64,000 nucleotides of DNA from the NCBI GenBank assembly GCA_965153285.1, contig OZ229113.1; one strand, given 5' to 3'. Under the pieces are notes generated by a model that had not been told where the DNA came from, ran no database searches, and saw only the letters and a program-made list of their open reading frames with translations. Origin of the DNA: Podarcis tiliguerta (lineage: Eukaryota). Both the position numbers and the translations under genes were made by a program. The stretch's first letter is position 1; every line of letters begins with the position of its first letter. Of the stretch, positions 46,491 to 58,989 are shown piece after piece.

Positions 46491-48487
46491 GATAGGCATG
46501 GGGGCATCTGTCTCAATTTCTTCTCCTAAGATAGGATACTCTGCATCAGCAGTGGGGAGCTGGACCCACTCAATGGGGCTGGTCACTTGTCAATCACATG
46601 ACAGCATCAGGTGACAAATTCAAAGAGGCTGACAGTCAAACTATACCTGCAAATGGAGAGGGAAAATGTGTGCTTGCAGGTACAGTTTGAATGCAAATTA
46701 GCTTCAAAGGTGTGCATTTTCAGGCAAGGCCTTTGCAAGTGCTGAGGCTTGCAAAGCCCTTGCCTGACAGCATGCCTTGAAAGGAGGTCAAAGTGGATCA
46801 TGGGCCAAAGAAAAGAACTGCTTGGCCTAAATAGGCCTGTGGGCTGATGGTTCTCCACGTGCTGCTCTGTATGTAGATGCCCTTCCCTGGAAATCTCCAG
46901 TGTTGAAGACTGCAAAATGTTCCCCTAAGAAGCTTGTTCTCATTTCTCAACTGTTCTTCCAGTTACTGCATTTCCCCTAATTTTAAAACTACTTCAACCT
47001 TATAGTAGTTTAATGCTGCAATCTTTTCCGTGAGGGCTAGATGAGAAAAGGACAGTTGCTCAACTCCTTACCCTGATGCAACACCAAATTAGGCTGGTTT
47101 ACTGAAATGATAAGCAAAGATGGGCAAACATACTTGTCCACTCATCCCAAAACCAAGTACACATTCCCCCCTCCAAAAAAAGGTAGAGAAGAGAGAGGAC
47201 CATCAAGCTGCTGAATTCCCCTTTCTCTTCCCTGTCAGTTCCACAATTTCCTCAAGGTGTGTGTATAGTGGGGCATCCTTACTGTAGGGAAAAGATAGGC
47301 CTTCTCCTTGGTGGCAAATAACACTCATCAGGGCATAAGAGTCCGATGGAATTAGGCCAGTTACTTATCTAGTCTAGTAGCTGATTCTCACAGCGGCTAG
47401 CTAGACACCTATGGAAAGCCATGAAGAAGACCCTGAGCACAAGGACTCTCTCCCCCTTTGCAATTTCTTGCAACTCGTGATTGACTTTTCACACACAATT
47501 TCCTGTTGAAAATCATGGAGCTTATAGTCAAGCCATGGTCCCTATCCTAGCTTCCACTGTGTGGTACCCTTCACTGAAGGGGGTGAGCAGCAGAAAGGAA
47601 GAACAGTAGGAGACAAGGGTGCAAGTCCCATTTCAAATTTACTCCATTGTGGCAGCAGTAGCTAGAAATTGTGCTGCTCAATCTGAATAGGTGGCCCATG
47701 GCTGGCTGTATATTTTGGATGCTTGCCCCTAATTATGACTATGTGATTATGCTCTTAGTCTGTCAATAACTTCTATCAGGGGAAAGTGGGCTGCTGCTGT
47801 TAACGCCTACAGAATAAAGGGAGGGAAATTTTGACATTGGGACATGGTGGGGGGAATACTAGAGGCTCAAGTGGGCTTATTTGTAGCCTCCCCACAATTA
47901 TAAAATAACAATAATAAATGAGCTGTCATAAGTAAATGAAGTCAGTGAAGAAACTGATTACCCGATAATTTCTACCCCTCTGTTTTAGTGTCTTCAGAAG
48001 ATAAGATCCTCACTAACCCATGAACTAATAAAGAGCAGCACTCCCTTGTATAAGGCATCCACTCAACACAGACAGCCAATTATTGTCACCAAGTATTTTT
48101 CCCTGTGGTCTATTCCACGTGTTATAAGACAACAAAAAAAAGTCCAACTTTTTTTCAGCAGAATGGAAGAGTAACACAATCTTCCTCATTGCATTTTGTT
48201 TGATTACAACTCCCATCACCCAAGACCACCACCTGAGATCGGTGGCGATGATTGGAGCAGTAGTCCAAGAACATCTGGAAACCTAAGGTTGAAAAGCACT
48301 GTGCTCAAGTGAGAGAGAAGGTGCCTGAAGGTCAATATTTGGCCCCTTAATATTGTGACTGCTTAACATATGATGAAACCAGTATTGTGGCTGCCATGAG
48401 GTGGAGAAGTGGTCACAGATAACCTGTTGTGCTGGACTAAAAACAAAAAACAACAGTATATGAATTGTGGGAAGGTAGGACTAGATG

Positions 48488-48894
48488 CTGGACCATAAAG
48501 AAGGCTGATCGCCGAAGAATTGACGCTTTTGAATTATGGTGCTGGAGGAGACTCTTGAGAGTCCCATGGACTGCAAGAAGATCAAACGCATCCATTCTTA
48601 AGGAAATCAGCCCTGAGTGCTCACTGGAAGGACAGATCGTGAAGCTGAGGCTCCAATACTTTGGTCACCTCATGAGAAGAGAAGACTCACTGGAAAAGAC
48701 CCTGATGTTGGGAAAGATGGAGGGCACAAGGAGAAGGGGACGACAGAGGACGAGATGGTTAGATAGTGTTCTAGAAGCTACAAACATGAATCTGACCAAA
48801 CTGCGGGTGGCAGTGGAAGACAGAAGTGCCTGGCGTGCTCTGGTCCATGGGGTCACGAAGAGTCGGACACGACTGAACGACTAAACAACAACAA
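48488..48894 (+). mobile_element. 5'-truncated BovB, about 407 bp
   Basis: 11-bp TSD AGGACTAGATG (48477-48487, 48895-48905); 5 differences from the full-length copy by eye. Confidence 0.95.
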
Positions 48895-48959
48895 AGGACT
48901 AGATGTGATAAAAGAGGGTGAACAAAATGTATGAATAAGTCAGGCAGTAAACTGACTGC

Positions 48960-49323
48960 CAACACAAGAGATGACTCTACACATGGATATCACCAGATGG
49001 ACAGCATCGAAATCAGATTGATTATATTCTCTGCAGCCAAAGATGGAGAAGCTCTATACAGTCAGCAAAAACAAGACCTGGAGCTGACTGTGGCTCAGAT
49101 CATCAGCTTCTTATAGCAAAATTAAAGCTTAAACTGAAGAAAGTAGGAAAACCCACTGGGCCGGGGACGACAGAGGACAAGATGGTTGGAAGGTGTTCTC
49201 GAGGCTACCAGCATAAGTTTGACCAAGCTGCGGGAGGCGGTGGAGGACAGGGGTGCCTGGCGTGCTCTGGTCCATGGGGTCACGAAGAGTCGGACATGAC
49301 TAAACGACTAGTCAACAACAAAC
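48960..49323 (+). mobile_element. Internally deleted or chimeric BovB
   Basis: 48960-49164 matches 32413-32617; 49165-49323 matches 34534-34688; TSD CTGACTGC (48952-48959, 49324-49331). Confidence 0.9.
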
Positions 49324-49774
49324 CTGACTGCAGCCATTGGCCCACATATAAGTCTGATTGATTCTCTATCACAATCAGTGGTATAGTGGTAAACTTTGAA
49401 GAGGACAAAGTTCATCATAGCCACACCCTCAATGAGAGTCCAAAATTGCAGGCAGAGGTATTATTCTATATACACACCAAAGATAAACAGCACACAGCAT
49501 CATACCCAATTTATTAGGATCACCTTGGACCGCAATTCTATATGCAAAGTTTCCTGTGAGTATGCTGTAGTAAACTCAGTGATGCTCATTTCTGTTTCAT
49601 ATGTTAGTCGCTTTATCTTACTCAAAGTGACTTCCAACCAGACAGACAGACAATCACCATCCGCTCACACAGATATATTAAAACCAAGGGAAAAAGAAAT
49701 ACATTAAAAACATTCCTCTCACTTTTAAAAGGACACAGATAGTTAGGGGCCAAATGCCTGGTTGTAGGGGAATG

Positions 49775-49910
49775 TAGCCTAAATATATATAATGATGGTG
49801 TCAGGCAAATCTTCCTGGGAAGAGCATTCCACAAATGGGGAGCCACTGCAGAAAAGGACTGTTCCCATGTTACCACCCTCCAGACCTCCCTGATAGCCCT
49901 CAATAGGCTT
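49775..49910 (-). mobile_element. L2-like LINE 3' fragment
   Basis: Translates as QSFSAVAPHLWNALP, an L2 ORF2 C-terminal signature. Confidence 0.65.
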
Positions 49911-50159
49911 AACTTTGATGAATTTGGCTAATATAGCTAATCCCCTTATATTCTTGACTGTCATGGACTGGCTGGGTGCAGAAGAGTGGTGAATGGTACC
50001 AGCTGGGGAACACCCATGAGAAGAAGGCTCAGAGCCAGGGGATTGGTGGTGGGACAATGATGAGTGGTCAGAGGGAGAAAAGACAGCAGACTGGAGACTC
50101 AGCTAGACTGGTAAAGAAAAAGCACTTTGTACGTGTTGTGTGTGCAATATAAAACTGTG

Positions 50160-50174
50160 ACACTAGATGGCGCT
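50160..50174 (+). promoter_or_regulatory. CTCF consensus motif
   Basis: ACACTAGATGGCGCT. Confidence 0.5.
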
Positions 50175-51249
50175 GTGGAGTCCCGTATTTCCCTACCGGA
50201 TTTCCCTATATGAGTTTACAACACGTTTAACTGAATCGCTTCTTTGACATGTCTAGATCCAGCCTGGGAGGAGGAGGTGTCGGAAGCTGAAGAGGTAAGC
50301 AGGGTTCAGTGAGCAGGAAGAGGCTGTGGCAGAGAGCAGTCCAGAACCAGAGGCAGAAGCGGAGGCTGGAGAGGAGTGGGGCTAAGAGGCAGCGATGAGT
50401 CAGGCTGGTGAGGAAGCCAGGCTGTCTCCCCCTCCTGCAGCAACCGCCCCTCCCCATGGGTCTCCTAGAGCTCAAAGAGGCATGAAGAGGGCAGAGCAAA
50501 GAAAGGCAAGACAAAGGAGCCTCAGATTGCTTAGGAAGGAACCAGAGGAGGAAGATACTTAAGGAGCGATGGGAAGGTGGGGACCTGCAGTCCTCACAAC
50601 TCCATCATTGGGGTGAGAGGGTTGCTGTGATCACTAGGTCTGCACTATTTGGGTTTCTTAGAATAATGAGGTTTTTATTGCTGACCTACTCCTGCTAGCA
50701 GCTAAGTGGGAACGGGAAAACCTTGGGGCTTGAGAGCCTATTTGGTTAACTTTTTAAAAATCTTATAGAATCTCTACAGAAGCAGAACTCTATTGACAAG
50801 TTTTTAAACTGTTTTGATGTCTATCTGAACACACCCATCTCATGACCTACTTGATTCCTAACATGCAAGGGGAAGGAAGTGCAACACCCTGCAACCTAGT
50901 CTGTTTTTCACTATCACAGTTGTATTTGTAACCACAACATCACAGTTTACTAATGAAAAATATAGAGACGCTAGCCCTCAAGAGTGCTTATCTGTTAGCT
51001 TCTCTGTCATTAATGGTTAATCTGTGAACTTCCAAATATGGGCTTCTACTAAGCAAAGAAATGTTTCCTGTAACCACCATAAGAAATCCATGAATCCTAC
51101 TTTTACCATGGGACACTTGTCATGTTCTCTCTGCGTGTAGGTGTACATGTTCATTCCTGTTTCAGCTGGCAGGGCCACTTCCATTTTGTGGGGTGCTTCA
51201 ACTAACTGGAGAAGTCCTCAGTAAATATGATAAGGGTATGGAGAAGAAG

Positions 51250-51516
51250 GCCAGTGTGGTGTAGCCAGTGTGGTGTAGTGGTTAAGAGCGGTAGTCTCGT
51301 AATCTGGGGAACCGGGTTTGATTCCCCGCTCCTCCATATGCAGCTGCTGGGTGACCTTGGGCTAGTCACACTTCTTTGAAGTCTCTCAGCCCCACTCACC
51401 TCACAGAGTGTTTGTTGTGGGGGAGGAAGGGAAAGGAGAATGTTAGCCACTTTGAGACTCCTGAAGGGGAGTGAAAGGCAGGATATCAAATCCAAACTCT
51501 TCTTCTTCTTCTTCTT
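51250..51516 (+). mobile_element. tRNA-derived SINE (Squam3-like) with (TTC)n tail and duplicated 5' end
   Basis: A-box TGGTGTAGTGG, B-box-like GGTTTGATTCC and CORE-like GGGTGACCTTGGGCTAGTCAC. Confidence 0.82.
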
Positions 51517-51666
51517 GTAAGGACAGGAGGAAACAGAGAATACGTTCAAATATAAAACTATCAAAAAGAGCCATGACACTTTTGGCTGTGTCTGTCTTTC
51601 CTGATAGACAGCAAACATTGCACCTCTTCCCTAATTACCTCAGTTGTCTTCACAGTGGGAAGGGAG

Positions 51667-51732
51667 CATACCCTCCAACATTTCTCCAATGAAAATAGGG
51701 ATGTCCTGAAGAAGAAGAAGAAGAAGAAGAAG

Positions 51733-51763
<31 letters not shown>

Positions 51764-52054
51764 TGTTATTGTTTGTATGCCACCCATCTGACTGGGTGCC
51801 CCAGCCACTCTGGGCAGCTTTCAACTTATATAAAAACATAACAGAACATTCAACATTAAAAAACTTCCCTATACAGGGTTGCCTTCAGATGTCTTCTAAA
51901 GGTTGTATAGTTATTTATCTCCTTGGCTTGGCAGGTTTCATAACTCCATACCCTCCAATATTTCCACGATGAAAATAGGGATGTCCTAAGGAAAAGTGGG
52001 ATATTCCATGATCAAATCAGAAACTGGGACGGCTTCTGACACCTGGAGGGTTTG
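51667..52054 (+). mobile_element. Non-autonomous DNA transposon with internal direct repeat and (GAA)n tract
   Basis: Ends CATACCCTCCAA / CTGGAGGGTTTG; 6-bp flanking repeat AGGGAG; homologs at 55452-56048 and about 56895-57030. Confidence 0.65.
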
Positions 52055-52115
52055 AGGGAGTTCTCCATCCCTAAATCCTGCCTTTATGGCCTTGCTAATG
52101 GAGGATCAGCTAGGG

Positions 52116-52222
52116 TAGGGCTGCCATACGTCTGGATTTTCCTGGACATTACTGGGATTCCAAAGGCAGAATTGACGTCCCAACCATTTTGGGCTTTTCC
52201 TTTTTGAAACATGGCAACCCCA
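52116..52222. mobile_element. hAT MITE
   Basis: TIR TAGGGCTGCCAT / ATGGCAACCCCA; TSD AGCTAGGG / AACTAGGG. Confidence 0.75.
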
Positions 52223-52425
52223 AACTAGGGTAAATCCTATCACTGGATTATGAAATAGAATCTCACTTTGTGTAGGCCTAGCAAAGTCATAGAGGTTGAG
52301 AGTGAAGATGACTTTTGGTTTGTGAATTCTTTCTTGTACCTGGGCCCTGGCAACTGCCTGGTTGTTCCTTTGCAGCTGTAGCTTTACCTGCCCCACACTT
52401 GACATCACGTGGCATCAAGTGTAGG

Positions 52426-52838
52426 TAGGGATGGGTGGATCTGTCAATCTTGGTTTTGCTCCGTTTCTCTTCTTTTTCTCTTTCTTCAATCTTAAATTTA
52501 GTTTTCTACATCATTTTGCAGTTTCTTGTTTTTAAAAAAGGTCCTTGTGAAAATTCATCAGCATTTTCGTGCAAATTTATCCTAATCTACACCTTCTTTT
52601 GCAAAACAATTTCCCAAAATATAATATGTATTTGTATATTCTCACCAATATATGCAGTTTTATGGACACTTGGCTGCTGTATGTGTATTTTTGTACACAT
52701 TACTTGGCTGTAAAATTTGAAAAAAAGTGAGAATTTAAAAAGATGGCAATGTTTCAGTTCTCACACTGTTTTAGAAATTGCAAATTAGACAAATCTGAGT
52801 TTAAATGAGAACTGAACTGAATTTCTTCCCCATCCTTA
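52426..52838. mobile_element. hAT (Ac-like) non-autonomous element
   Basis: TIR TAGGGATGGG / CCCATCCTTA; degenerate 8-bp TSD AGTGTAGG / AGTGTGGT. Confidence 0.6.
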
Positions 52839-53944
52839 AGTGTGGTTGGGACTGGTGGGTACAGTTGGGGGGAAATGCCCTTATGAGCCAAATTAGGACC
52901 CCTAGTATGCCTTTTGTGACCTTCGGAACAGATGTACCCCACCCCCGGGCTATGAACTAATGGAACTAATTGGCCTATGAACTAACGGGACGGATGGAGC
53001 TGTTCAGCAATGACCTCAACGTGATCTCAGCACCTGAACAATATGCAACCATGATTGTGGAAATCAGTACTAGGAAGCTGCAGCTTAAGTTTGGAGGATC
53101 CATTGGCTATGTTCCTGCATGCAAATGTTTCCCTGGGAATAGTTGTATGTGTGGGGAAAACCTTTGAATGTCTAAACCAGAAAGAATTAAGGCACAAACA
53201 AGGGTGACAAGAAGAAAAACCTTACCTCAGTGTGGTTGTCCAGCTGGAGGAAGAGATAGACCCAGGACACATTTTTTTTCAGGATACAGGAGCTTCAAGG
53301 CAGGTTGCAAGAGCTGCAAGAGCAGCATCTGAAGGTACTTCCATTGTACCTTCAATGGAATGGAAGTACCTTCAGATGCTGCTCTTCACAAAAGTTTTAT
53401 GGGCTGCATTTGCTTACACCAGCATTCTTTGGCCATGCATGTGAGGCTTTGGGGATTTCCAGATGACTTGTTTTTCGTACAATAACTATATAGCTGTTGC
53501 TCGTATGTTGCTAAGGTATTCCAACAGTGAAGAGCCAGAAACCTATATGCAAATCATGAAGACAATAGCCACATGTTATTGCTTGTCCCTCAACACCTGG
53601 TGTTTTGAAGGCACACAGTCCATGTTCGCCTTCCATTGACTATGTGAAGTCTTCATTAAAAATCCATTTAGGCTAGTGGTCCATCATCACATCTTGTGGT
53701 AGAAAACTCCATAAATCAATTGTATGTTATGTACCTTCCTTTTGCCACTGCCCATTTTGGGTGAACTTGAGTTCTAGTGTTCTGAGAAGTAGGCAAATAT
53801 TTCTATGTGCTTTCTTCATACTATTCAACATTTTATAAGCCCTTTCCTTTACTTACAGTTCCCTTAACTGAAAACACCAGCCATTCAGCCTTACCTTGAG
53901 GGAAATGACTCCAGTCCCCTGGCCACCTGAGTTTCTATTTTCTG

Positions 53945-54034
53945 CATAGCTGTCAATGTTTCCCTTTTTTAAAGGGAAATTCCCTTATTCCGAATAGGAT
54001 TCCTCACAAGGAAAGGGAAAAGTTGACAGCTATG
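53945..54034. mobile_element. Palindromic hAT MITE, copy of 11111-11208
   Basis: TIR CATAGCTGTCAA; shared core GAAATTCCCTTATTCCGAATAGGATTCCT; TSD ATTTTCTG / ATTTTCTT. Confidence 0.85.
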
Positions 54035-55451
54035 ATTTTCTTGTTACTGCATTTATATGAAGGCATTGTTATATTTTCCATTTTGTTTTTAATCCCACCC
54101 CTAAAAAAATTCTTATATGCAATTTGACTTTTCTAGGATAATGCCTTCTGTGGGTATATCAAATTTGCTTAGTACATAAAAAAACATTATGTCACCGTGA
54201 AAATGTAAACCCCACCCCATGCCCCAATATACAGATCCTTCATTGTGATAGTGAATACCATGTGGAATATGCTTGTGCCAGTGCGATGGGCATGTGGTGA
54301 ATTGTGTCTGTGACATAGGGATTACACAACTTGTATCCATTCCTGGACAATTTTGTAATGTTTGAGACATTTATTTTAATTATTGCAAGGTTGTTTTTTC
54401 TTTAGAGGAAGCACAGCCTCACTATATTTCTCAAACAGTGAAATGTACATGCAGTCCTTTTTAAAACGGAAAAAGAAGAATGACATTAAGGCAGTCTATC
54501 CTGTGATGCAATGAATAGCCATCTTGCAGCATTTATTGCTTAGAAGGCTGGGAATATGAATGCAACCATCACGTCCCACACTATTTCTGTGAAGGAAGTA
54601 TGTAAAAGACCCATGATTAGCAACTAGAAAGGGTATTGGACATGGTCTGGAAAGAGCTTTGCTCAGGCATGTCCAGGCACGTTCATGCTCAGCTACTACT
54701 TTTGCAAATGGGTGGCAGAGGTGGTGAGATGACTCATCCTTTCCCCTCCCCTGCCAGGCCAGCGAGAGGGCGGCAAACTATAATCCTGCAATATGCAGAA
54801 TGCTTAAATTCTTCTCAGTTCAGGCACACCAGCCAATTCCCACTGAATAATTTTGGCCCCTCCATATATATGGACTTTTACAAGCTCTTGGTGCCTCTAA
54901 GCATCACTTCAGTATCATATGTGGCTGTTTGTGTGCTGGCTCTGTCTATTGGACGCATCACAGTTGGAACGTTTAAATGTGTTATTAGGAAGTCAAACGA
55001 GCATCCCAACATTGTTCTACACTAGGTTACAAGGCACAACAGAGATTTGTGATACATGGCTAGGCATAAACTAGGACATTGTTCCAACAGTTGGTATGCT
55101 TACCCACCCCATGCTCTGCCCTGTGAGTCAGGCACAGCTATTCACATGGGTGACATCCCAAGTCCCAGGACTGGGCAAGCAAGCTGCTAGTCCTTCCTAG
55201 AGGCTGGGCATGCAAGGTTTGTTCATGCCAGTGCTATCAACTCCATGTCTTTGGAGGCGAAGGTGGAGTCAGTAGGGTCCACTTGCCTTTGGACTCATCC
55301 ACAGAAGGGAATGGCTATTCACTGATAGGTAGAGCCACTGGAGACACTTCAACAGGTGGTGATGTCACCCTTGGGGTACCTAATGACATGTTCTCTTGAT
55401 AGCCCTTTCCCATGATCTAAGTCAATACCTCCCTACCTGGCACTCCCTAGG

Positions 55452-56048
55452 CAGACTCTCCAAGAGTCCCTATTTTCCAGGGACAGTCCTGGATTTACAG
55501 AAGCCGTCCTGGTTTCTGATTTGATCCCATAATGTCCCACTTTTCCTTAGGACATCCCTATTTTCACTGGAGAAATGTTGGAGGGTGTGGCCCGCAAGCC
55601 AAGGAGACAAATAACTATACAGCGGTACCTCAGAAGTCGAATGGAATCTGTTCCAGAAGTCCGTTCAACTTCCAAAACATTTGGAAACCAAGGCATGGCT
55701 TCTGATTGGCTGCAGGAAGTTCCTGCAGCCAATCGGAAGCTGCGTCGGACATTCGGGTTCCAAAGAACGTTCTCAAACAGGAACATTCACTTCCGGGTTT
55801 GCGGTGTTCAGAAGCCAAAACGTTGGACTCACAAGGTGTTCGGAATCCAAGGTACATCTATATAACCTTTAGAAGACATCTGAAGGCAGCTTTTTAACGT
55901 TTAATGTTTTATTATGCTTTTTTATGTGTTGGAAGATGCCCAGAGTGGATGGGGCAACCCAGTCAATTGGGTGGGGTATAAATAAATAAAAAATATTATT
56001 ATTATTAAATAGGACGTTCCTTACCTCAGAGAAATTTCAGGGGGTATG
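55452..56048 (-). mobile_element. Copy of the 51667 element, interrupted by a mariner-type MITE (55620-55860)
   Basis: Reverse-complement homology; inner element starts CAGCGGTACCTC and is flanked by TA. Confidence 0.65.
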
Positions 56049-57190
56049 TCTAGGCCAGACTCCCCTTGACATCTCAGGTTGTCCTCCCCCAGCCTCCTAG
56101 GACCTTCCCTGGGCTGTCCTGTCCCAACTCTCTAATCTCCTCCCACTCCTCTTCCTAATCCAACCACCCTCTCCATGACTCTCCATGGGACTCAAGACAA
56201 TTTCCTCCCTAACGATTGGCACTCACCCAAAACACTGCTTACAGAACGAATGATAAATAACGCATAAAACACCAACAAAGAATATAGCAAGATCATCATT
56301 TTCCTAGCTTGCATGTTCCTCTCTACACTAAGAATGGGAAAGGGAGCTGAGTGAAAATGAGACTCCCAGCCTCAGATATGTACTAAAAATAGTCAAGGAA
56401 AGCGCCACTACAATCTGCAAGCAGGTGCTGGGTTTATCAAACTGAAATCTGCTTGGCATGGCTAGCAATTGCTCAGGAAGGAGCATGCAGCTCAGTTAGG
56501 AAGTTTACACTGGTGAATCTGAAAAAAGGCACACAAGAGGGGGATGATTAACTTGTTCACTTTACCTTCTACGTTACCTTAATGTGCTCTTTTGAAAAAC
56601 ATTTTGAAGCTATTATTAATAAACAGATATAAATATGGGTCTTCTGCACTTTCAAAGATTTAGAATTTGCTTCTGATCCTGTTTCCTGGTGCTATGGCCA
56701 GTAGTAGAGAGAGGGGCAAAGCACAGCTCAATAAGGCACTGAGGGCACATTTCTTAGTGCCCAGATTTCCTATGGAAAATCAGTACAACAGCAGCTCACC
56801 TCACAGGGCTGTCGTGACAAACCAAACGAAGCTTATAAAAATGGACTTTGGAATATAAAAATACATATCAGGTGTCAAGGAGATAAATATACAGCTTTTA
56901 GAAGACATCTGAAGGCAGTCCTGTATAGGAAGTTTTTAATGTTTTATGTATTATTATGTTTTTCTATGTGTTAGAAGCCACCTAGAGTGCCTGGGATAAC
57001 CCAGCCAGATGGGTGGGGTATAAATAATAAAATTGCTCTTGTTGTTGTTGTCATCTAGGTGTTTTTGTTTTTGTTTGTTTATATTCATTCATTTATTTAT
57101 TTATTTAATTTGTATTCTGCCCTTCATCCAACAATCATAGGGTGATTCACAACATATTTGTAAGCCATCTTGGGAAAATATTTCCCACAC

Positions 57191-57196
<6 letters not shown>

Positions 57197-57241
<45 letters not shown>

Positions 57242-57260
57242 CACACACACACACACACAC
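57197..57260. repeat. Compound (TC)n(AC)n microsatellite
   Basis: Seen directly. Confidence 0.95.
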
Positions 57261-58123
57261 AATTTTCTTTACAATGAAAACAGCAATTATTACCACACAT
57301 AATTATTGCAGTCACAAGCTTGTATAAAGCAAAGCAGAGTACAGAAGGAAGAAAAGTATCCACCCGTGGAATATTATGGGCACTTTGCTCTCATGCATTT
57401 GGAGAATCATATCAATGCAATAATCCTATGCCTGATGCATAACCACACTTTAAATGAGCTCCTACTGGCCTCTCCACCTAGGAACTTGAGAGACTGGGGG
57501 ATATAAAGTATGCTGTCCCTTATCTATAAAAGAGAAGAACCGAAAAACCTTTTTGGCACACCCCATACGGTCCTCCTCTGCAGAATAAGTTCTAAGAGGG
57601 CAGTGTCCCAGACATAATTAATCCAGGCCTCAATTAATTCAGTTTTCTAGTGATGAACTGCAGTCAGCCACACAGCATCCCGCACTTTTCAATGCATTTC
57701 CCTGTCACATTCCTAACGAAAAGGTCTATTTGCTTGATTTGTTGTGCTAGGGTGATGGAACGCTTTAATCCACTTCAACTGCACAAGCCAAAATTTCCCT
57801 GTACACGCTCAAACCCTCCCTCAAATCACTGACAGTAAAGAGGCAACAACTTCTTTCAAAGCAGCTCGATAACCACCTCACTCTTTCTCAATGAATGCCA
57901 TGAAATCTGACCTAATTCAAAGAAAAAAAAGATCTCACTTCCTCCCCCCACCTGTCTCGCCTTGAGCACCGTTCACTATGGAAATAAATAAACATGAACC
58001 TCACAATGTGCAAGATTCTTCTGATTCAGTTATAGGAAGTGCAATCCAAGTTGTCTGTTTTGGAATTTGTAGCACGTGTAGCATCTTAAGATGGAACCTC
58101 CATGGCCGTTTTTAAAAGGTTTG

Positions 58124-58441
58124 TAAAGGTAAAGGGACCCCTGGCCATTAGCTCCAGTCGTGACCGACTCTGGGGTTGCAGCACTCATCTCACTTTATTG
58201 GCCAAGGGAGCCGGCGTACAGCCGGCGTACAGCTTCTGAGTCATGTGGCAAACCAGAGCAGCGCACGGAAATGCCGTTTACCTTCCCGCTGGAGTGGTAC
58301 CTATTTTTCTACTTGCACTTTGACATGCTTTTGAACTGCTAGGTTGGCAGGAGCGCACCCCGTTACGGGGATTCGAACCGCCAACCTTCTGATTGGCAAG
58401 TCCTAGGCTTTGTGGTTTAACCCACAGCGCCACCCGCGTCC
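58124..58441 (-). mobile_element. Sauria SINE (subfamily A)
   Basis: 13-bp TSD TTTAAAAGGTTTG (58111-58123, 58442-58454). Confidence 0.9.
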
Positions 58442-58989
58442 TTTAAAAGGTTTGAGAAACTGATAAAAAAATACCCTCTGGCATACAATTATCTGTGTGC
58501 ATCTTTTGATGCTCAGATGGCTGCATTACATGGGTATTCACACAAACACTGGAGCTCTATCTTCTCTCCAGCCTTATTAACCCCCTTTCCCTTTCACCAT
58601 GGCCCCTTAAAGCAGCTACAGAACAACTCAGGGAGGCAGGGATCAAATATAAATGGGGATTTCCATTTGCTCCCATCGCGGAGATTGATGGCATGCCACA
58701 CAAAGGCACCAGAAAAGGAGAAGTGGAACCTGTCTTAACACTACTGAAATTGAAGGTCCACTGGGAGGAAGATGAATTTAGCATGGGAGACCTGCAGGAG
58801 CCTAAAGCAAGAAGGGACAAATGGAAACTGCCCCCCTTACCTAACAGAACAAGACAACACCATCAATTATAATTCTCCAGGAAACACATCACATGGATAG
58901 TAAGGCTATCCTTCCTAAAGGCTTCCTAAACATGCATGCTTCAATAACCTTTTTACAGCAGCTGAAAAATTCAATTTTGGAGGGGTCAT

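Noticed and set aside
49930-50720. Purine-rich LTR-like region resembling 11270-11619
   Set aside because: Probably repeat-derived, but I could not define termini or a TSD, so it is not annotated.
51264-51335. tRNA-like sequences here and at the Sauria SINE heads
   Set aside because: They are tRNA-derived SINE promoters attached to SINE bodies and tails, not tRNA genes.
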